Of a stretch of 64,000 nucleotides of DNA, positions 57,902 through 64,000 are shown piece after piece. Made by a program: the position numbers and the translations under genes. Below the pieces are notes generated by a model, which ran no database searches, was not told the origin of the DNA, and saw nothing but the letters and a program-made list of their open reading frames with translations. Where the stretch lies: the NCBI GenBank assembly GCA_051294375.1, contig CM119265.1, forward strand, positions 14,396,414-14,460,413, read 5' to 3'. Source of the stretch: Paraspadella gotoi (lineage: Eukaryota; Animalia; Chaetognatha). Position 1 is the stretch's first letter, and each line of letters starts with the position of its first letter.

Positions 57902-60900
57902 AAAACTTTTATTATCGCCATTTATTCCCAAATTTATATCCGAGATTTTCGTGAATTTTTTTTCCTAAATATTCTAAATATCAATCAGAAAAATATTTTT
58001 TTAATATATATTTATTTTATTATTTTATTTTACTTTACTTCATTTTACTTCACTTTAGTCTTTATTTCACTTCGTCAGTCTGATTCAAGTTTCACTTTGT
58101 CTTTTGTCTGGGAATGTTGGCAGTGTTTAGAGAGGTCGCCACAGACTTAGCACTTGCTAAAAATTAAACTGTTTTATATTTATTTTATTTTTATTTTATT
58201 TTATTTATTTTTTTTTATTTTTCTCAAATTTGATTTTTTTAGTATCAAAATTTGTCATCAATCCAGATTTTTCTTATGCGATTGCGACGATCCTTATGCT
58301 TTTAAGATTTTTTATAATGGTAATACAAATTGTGGCGAGTTTAAATTAGGAATTTTTTTTTATTTTTGAAAAAAAATAACAATTTCATTTTCATTAATAA
58401 TAAGATATGTTTCGACTCTGTTTTGAGTCTTCATCAGCGTTTGACTCAAAACGCTGACGAAGACTCGAAATATAGAATCGAAACATGTCTGTTATTATTA
58501 ATGACAATAAAATCGTTGTTTTTTCCTAATTTTTAAGCATTTTAAATAGTTTTTTATATTTTTGACCAACTTAATGAAATAATTTTTAAAAAAGAATTAT
58601 ACTTTCTTATATCAACTTTTTGCAAGGAATCCAAATTCGATTTTAAAATTTAAAAATTCGCATTTTGAAATTTTAGCCTATTATATACTTATTATTATAT
58701 ATATATATTCACCTCTCTGGTGCTCACTAATGTATAAAAATAAAAAATAAATTTATCAAAGTATTTTTATTGGTTTTTATTTGTGTTTATTTATTTATTT
58801 TTTTTATGTTTATATTCTAAATTATATTTTTTTTAAATTTTATCATTTTCAGATCATTCTACTGTAGATGTAAAGATTTTTTTTTATTTGGATATTAAAG
58901 TATGTTTTAATTTTATATTGAACGGTTTTGATTTGCTTTGGCAATAGCAGAATTAAGTGGCTAACTGGCTTTTCAATTTTGATTTTTTGAAATATTTAAA
59001 AACTAAAAATTTAATTTTTAAATATTAAAAGAATAGCATATTTTTTAATATTGTAACATAACAAGAACCGGCAAGTTTAAGATCATTCGCTGCAATAACT
59101 TTTTGTGTATGAATTTTCTAATGATCATATGATGAGTATAAAATATATGTAAAAATAATTTAATTATTTGTTAATTTTAATTCTAAAAATGTTTAAATCC
59201 TTTCTTAGTTTTAGAACTATCAAAAGAAATTTTAATATTCAACCTCTATTTGTATATGATCGGGTACCTTTAAACCATTTTTTAACAAATTTTATCAAGT
59301 AGTATGACTGGAACCTTATCTGGGTTTTAAAAAAATATCATTTTAAAATATGTAGTTTTTGGTATTCTGGAAAAAAAATATTTTTATGTTTGAAAATGAC
59401 AGTTTTTTTTTTAGTGACGGGTTTCAGTATGTCACCTTGTTATTATCCTTTCAGGTGTTGCTTGTGCTTCTTTCTCCACGGGTTTTGGTGAATACTCTTT
59501 CCTTCAGTTAGCAAGCTATTATGAGTCGAATATGATCTCAACTTGGTCATCTGGAACTGGTGCAGCAGGCGTTTTTGGTTCCCTCTCGTATGCTGGTTTA
59601 ATTAGAGCTGGTATATAACTATTTTTTCATTTGAAGTTACATTTGAAAAAAAAATAAAATGATTACTGTTTTAGGACTTGCGCCTCGAACGACATTACTG
59701 ATTATGATAATTAGTCCCCTAGTGCTTTTTGTATCTTATTTTTTTATTTTGGTAAAACCTTCTATCATTGGTGCAAGAGCCTTCCTTAGGACAAGGTATG
59801 GACCATATTTCCCAAACGTGCTGTCAATAAAAAATTATAGTGACAAAATTGTATCTCTATTTAACAAAGATGTTAACCATATTCGATACAAATTTAAAAA
59901 TTTCAAATTAAAAAAAAATTGCCGAAAGTAACAGCCAAATACTTTCAAAACTATGTTCAAATTCAAGATTTTATATTATTAACGATCAGCACTTTTCCCC
60001 CCCATTTCCATTTAAAGTTTTTAATATTTTATAGCTACTTTTCTTTTAATCTTAAAGTAATATAGATAATGATGACGCTGTTCCAATTATCACCACATCG
60101 CGGACGGTTGATATCACTTCATCATACACATGGAGGGAAAAAGTTAAATGTATTTGGGGATTAAGGTAACTTATATTTTTTTTTCAAAATAGGGAGGACC
60201 AAACTGAACACCATTCTTCATCCATTTTTTAATCTTTTATAATTTAGTATAACTGTTAATATTATTAGTATTCAATTATTTGTTTTAAACTTATTAAACA
60301 TATATTTATTTCAGAAATTACATGATTCCACTTGGGGCTGTTTACGTATGTGAATATTTTATTAATCAAGGACTACACGAGTTACTTTATTTTCCTAAGT
60401 AAGTTATTTTTTTATAACCCAAAATGTAACTCGGTGAATTCTAGGTTTTTAAAATTTTTTTAGAACATCTCCAAAATATTCGCATAAAGAGCAGTATCGC
60501 TGGTATCAAGTCGATTATCAGGTACACACTACACTTTTTTTTCCTTTTGCTTCTACTACTTTTACATCGTCCTGTGTCAATTTGGCAGATTGGAGTTTTA
60601 TTTTCTCGTTCCTCTGTTAACTGTTTTAAAATAAAATATATATGGGTTCTTGCTGCGTTACAGTTCTGCAATGTTGGAGTTTTTCTTTCTCAAGTAAGGA
60701 ACAATATTTTATTTTACGTTTTTGATTGCTATTCTTCTATTACTTATTTAATTGACAAGGTCCTCGGAAATTATTTTCCTGACGGGCAAACTGGTTTTTG
60801 GATTCTTCTGTGTATTATTTTTTATGAGGGACTCCTTGGTGGCGCTGCATATGTCAATACATTCTATAGAATAGTTAATGAGGTATTATTGGCTTTCGAA

Positions 60901-61787
60901 TTTCGAGTTTTGGACCCAAATATTCCCCTTAAAATTTTTAAGAATTTTTTTTTTATTTTATATTTTGAAATTTAAAGTAAAAAAATAGATTTTAAAAATT
61001 TCAAGAAAATAATTTGTGTAACCCCAAAAAATGGAATCCATTAAATTTGTATTTTGTGGTCAACCGATATCTCTCTTAAATAAAAACTGCCCTCATACAT
61101 TGTCACGAAATTAGTAACGAACTAGTCTCAGTAGTCGTCTCTTCGTCCGCTGACTCGTCCTGCTGTTACTGGGTGATGCCATTGTCGAACCTCTCGTCTT
61201 TGCCGTCTCTAGCGCCCCGTCATCATCAAAGGTGTCAAACCCTATGTCCATCACGAATGTCTGAGGCTCTGGTCCTGTGGCCTCTTGGTCTCCCTTCGCC
61301 CATGCGCATGCAGTCTCTGGTCTTGTGGCGTACTTATGGGAATCTTTAGAGTTCGTGGCCCTAACCACAAGGCTACTGTCGAAAAGGTGACATCGTGGTA
61401 AGACCTGAGTGAAGCGGCATTATTGCCCGTAAAAAACCGTTTGGGGACGGGACTACTGGTATGACTCTGAAACTGTGTGACAAGAAAAGTAAGAGAAACG
61501 TATACAAAAAGGCATAGAAAGCAGGTAAAATTTACAAAGAAACTATAAAAGTGATAGAGAATGAGACAAAATAGCAACGGTATCTCTCATCAGACATAAA
61601 TTTGCCTATAAAATGGAGTAGGTCATTTTTTTCTAATTTTTGGTCCAAATTCATTTTATTATAGGTACCAGAAGAAAAGAGAGAATTTTCAATTGGGGCC
61701 GTCAGTCTTGCGGATTCTTTGGGAATAGCAACAGCTGGAGTTATAGCAATGCCCATTCATAATTATTTTTGCTCTCTGAACTCATGA
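55922..61787 (+). CDS. CLN3: Battenin / CLN3 lysosomal transporter, multi-exon; start codon uncertain (55922 or 55966)
   Basis: [121 protein letters not shown]...IHNYFC; stop at 61785-61787. Confidence 0.95.
56830..57074 (-). mobile_element. Truncated solo LTR of TRIM family 1 in a CLN3 intron
   Basis: Diverged reverse complement of the 29692 LTR, ending GCCCGACTACA. Confidence 0.88.
58371..58525. ncRNA. Back-to-back inverted pair of minimal hammerhead motifs
   Basis: Minus: CTGATGAA-GACTC(AAAACA)GAGTC-GAAA-CATATC. Plus from 58454: AACG-CTGACGAA-GACTC...GAATC-GAAA-CATGTC-TGTT (stem I AACG/TGTT possible), then AATAAAATCGTTG. Confidence 0.65.
61101..61482. mobile_element. Probable solo LTR (GC-rich insert in the last CLN3 intron)
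   Basis: TGTCAC ... GTGACA inverted termini bound a sharply GC-richer 382-bp block; the TSD is not preserved. Confidence 0.5.
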
Positions 61788-63130
61788 CAACTTTCAGTTG
61801 AAAATTGGTCAAAATCAGTAGTTTTTTTGGTGTATCTCACTCTCCATCGGTGATCTTGGTAATTTTAATTAGGAAAAAAAGTGAATCAGAAAGGTTGTTG
61901 GTTTTTTGTTGACCCATCTCATATTCGGTTGGTCCTTTTCTTTTTCTTATCATAAAATGCTAAAAATTTTGTTAGAAAATTTTACTTTAGGTTATCTTAT
62001 ATCGGTTGTCTGTTTAAAGTTTAAAAAAAATAAAACCACCGAACAGTGATTTTTAGTGTTTGATATTCATTGATATCTGATACATGATATCTTTTTGGTT
62101 TAGTTTGAACAATTTTGTAATTTTTGTTGAAATACAGTAAACCTTTTTATTCCTTTTAGCTTTAAGCTGACCATTCACTAATCCAAGGTCTTGTTATTTA
62201 ATCTATGAAAATTAAAGGAATGCTCTAACAGCTTTTTACCTCCTTTGGTCCTTGAAACGCCCTATATTACTTTTTATACTAATACTCAACCAATCAGAAA
62301 CTAGAGTTGGCAATCAAATTTAAAATGTACTAATTAGGGACTGGGAATAAGATTCTATAGTGTCGATCTTGGTTTGTCGGACCAATATTTTTGCTCATTA
62401 TTTCTGTGGCGCGGTCTTAAGTTGCACCACAGCGTGACGGAGGCCGTGACACTGAAGTGACAAGGCACTAAGATGTTGACAAGTCCATTGGCTTCTTACA
62501 TCGCAGGGAAAGGATTTCACTTGATTCTAATTGATCATTTAGATCTGATTGAGATTGTTTTATCTAATCGTTTTGTTAATCAATTAATTACATGAGATTA
62601 TTTGAAGTTGTTTTTCCACATCTTAGATTAATGTACTCATTACATTATTTGTGAGAAAGAATAAAATACTTGTTATCATTGAGAGTGATAAGCATCATGT
62701 ATTTACTTCAAGATTAAAAACCAGACTGACTGAGCTCAGTCAAACAATCATAAAGGTAAACAACTGGCTAGCAATCAATTAACAAAAGATTTTGTAAATA
62801 AGGACCTCTTCAGTTGATCAGAGGAAACAAAAGGTTTCAAATTCAATTCTATACTTTGAGTGGCCAAATTTCTTCTAACTATGGAGGAATTTTTACTAAC
62901 CAGTCATTGAAAAAAAAATCGGACAATCATCAACTCTGACTGATGAGCAAATTTAAAATTATTTTAAAAATCATTTCTACAAATAAAAGACGAGCGACCA
63001 ACCAAAAAGTATTTTATTTTGATCTATCTTTTTTTTTTCTTGATACGAAGAACTTAATTGGACTTCCACGAGTTCTAAGTTACGTTACGGTTCATGTATT
63101 ACATTTTGTTGTTTTTTTGTTTTTTTTTAG

Positions 63131-63489
63131 ATTTATTTTAGAGCTACGTTTTGGAAGGACGATGTTAAAGTATAATCCTCGATTTGTTGCTAACATTTCT
63201 GATGGTTTCATGTTTTCCGAAATTGAAAACTTGCCTCTTCGGTATACTGCCGCAGCGCATTCGGGATTTACCGCAGTTTAGTGTTATTTGATTTTTTTTT
63301 TCGCGGAGAAAATTATAGTTATAGTTTTAAAAATGAATAGGTGGAGTGCGCTTTTCCTTACAATTATTCCCTACAAATGCTTCAAAAATCAAAGTTTGAT
63401 GCGGATCCATATATTCGTCACCTATTGATAAATTCGTTTCCTGGAGACTTTTCCCAAGGCGAAATGGGTTTTGCCTGCGATCCAAAAAG
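63131..63489 (+). CDS. Possible coding exons of an unidentified gene
   Basis: Two AG/GT-bounded open segments (63131-63276 and 63341-63489) join in frame: ...LKYNPRFVANISDGFMFSEIENLPLRY...VECAFPYNYSLQ...GFACDPK. No family recognised. Confidence 0.35.
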
Positions 63490-64000
63490 GTAATTTTTTA
63501 GTATTATTAGTGTTATATTATTTTAATTTTATATTTTTATAATTTTTATATTGGTTGTACCAATTTCATAATTTACTATTATAATTTTTTTCTGATGCCA
63601 TATACTGCTTTTAACAAATTAAAACAGTAAAGGTTCCAAAAACAATATAATATTTTCAATTAAAAATTGTTTAGGGACGGCTACAGGGCAAACGAGAAGT
63701 TAAAAACTTCACTCTAGGTGACTTTCCACAAAAGGAAATTCTTTGTCCTTCGATAAATAAATCTTTGTCTACGTACTACGATAACATTTTTCGTTTAATT
63801 CATTTTATTTTAATCGACCAAAATTAACATATATATATATATATATAAAATTGTAATTTCTATTTTAAAGAAAAAGATTTTAGTATAGTTAAAAAATATA
63901 TATTTTTAAAATTTTTTTAATTTTGAGTGGCATAAAGTTTTATGGTTTTTTGGCAATTTTCACTTTGATAACTTTTTAAATATATATCTTAATTCGTTTA

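Overview
AT-rich, gene-dense animal (invertebrate) genomic DNA, with many ~50-90 bp spliceosomal introns and a few repeat-filled long introns. The species cannot be determined from the sequence. Genes in order: the 5' end of a ZDHHC9/14/18-type palmitoyltransferase (- strand, apparently inside an mTOR intron), the 3' ~40% of mTOR, an ankyrin/SOCS-box protein, CCDC191, an intronless STKLD1-like pseudokinase, an atypical Rab, CISD3/MiNT, FAN/NSMAF, APPL (-) with the whole RMC1 gene nested antisense in one intron, a large BCL2L12/BCL2L14-like protein and CLN3. Main observations: (1) same-strand genes are packed 37-289 nt apart with apparently unpaired splice acceptors, which suggests operons or trans-splicing; (2) there is a complete 690-bp miniature LTR retroelement (TRIM) whose LTRs contain a tRNA-like Pol III promoter, plus solo LTRs of this family and of a second tRNA-bearing family; (3) minimal hammerhead-ribozyme motifs of the Penelope type recur in palindromic arrangements; (4) two antisense nested genes occur, including RMC1 (Rab7 activation) inside APPL (Rab5 effector). 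All gene models and homology calls were read by eye and from recalled family motifs; no database search was run.
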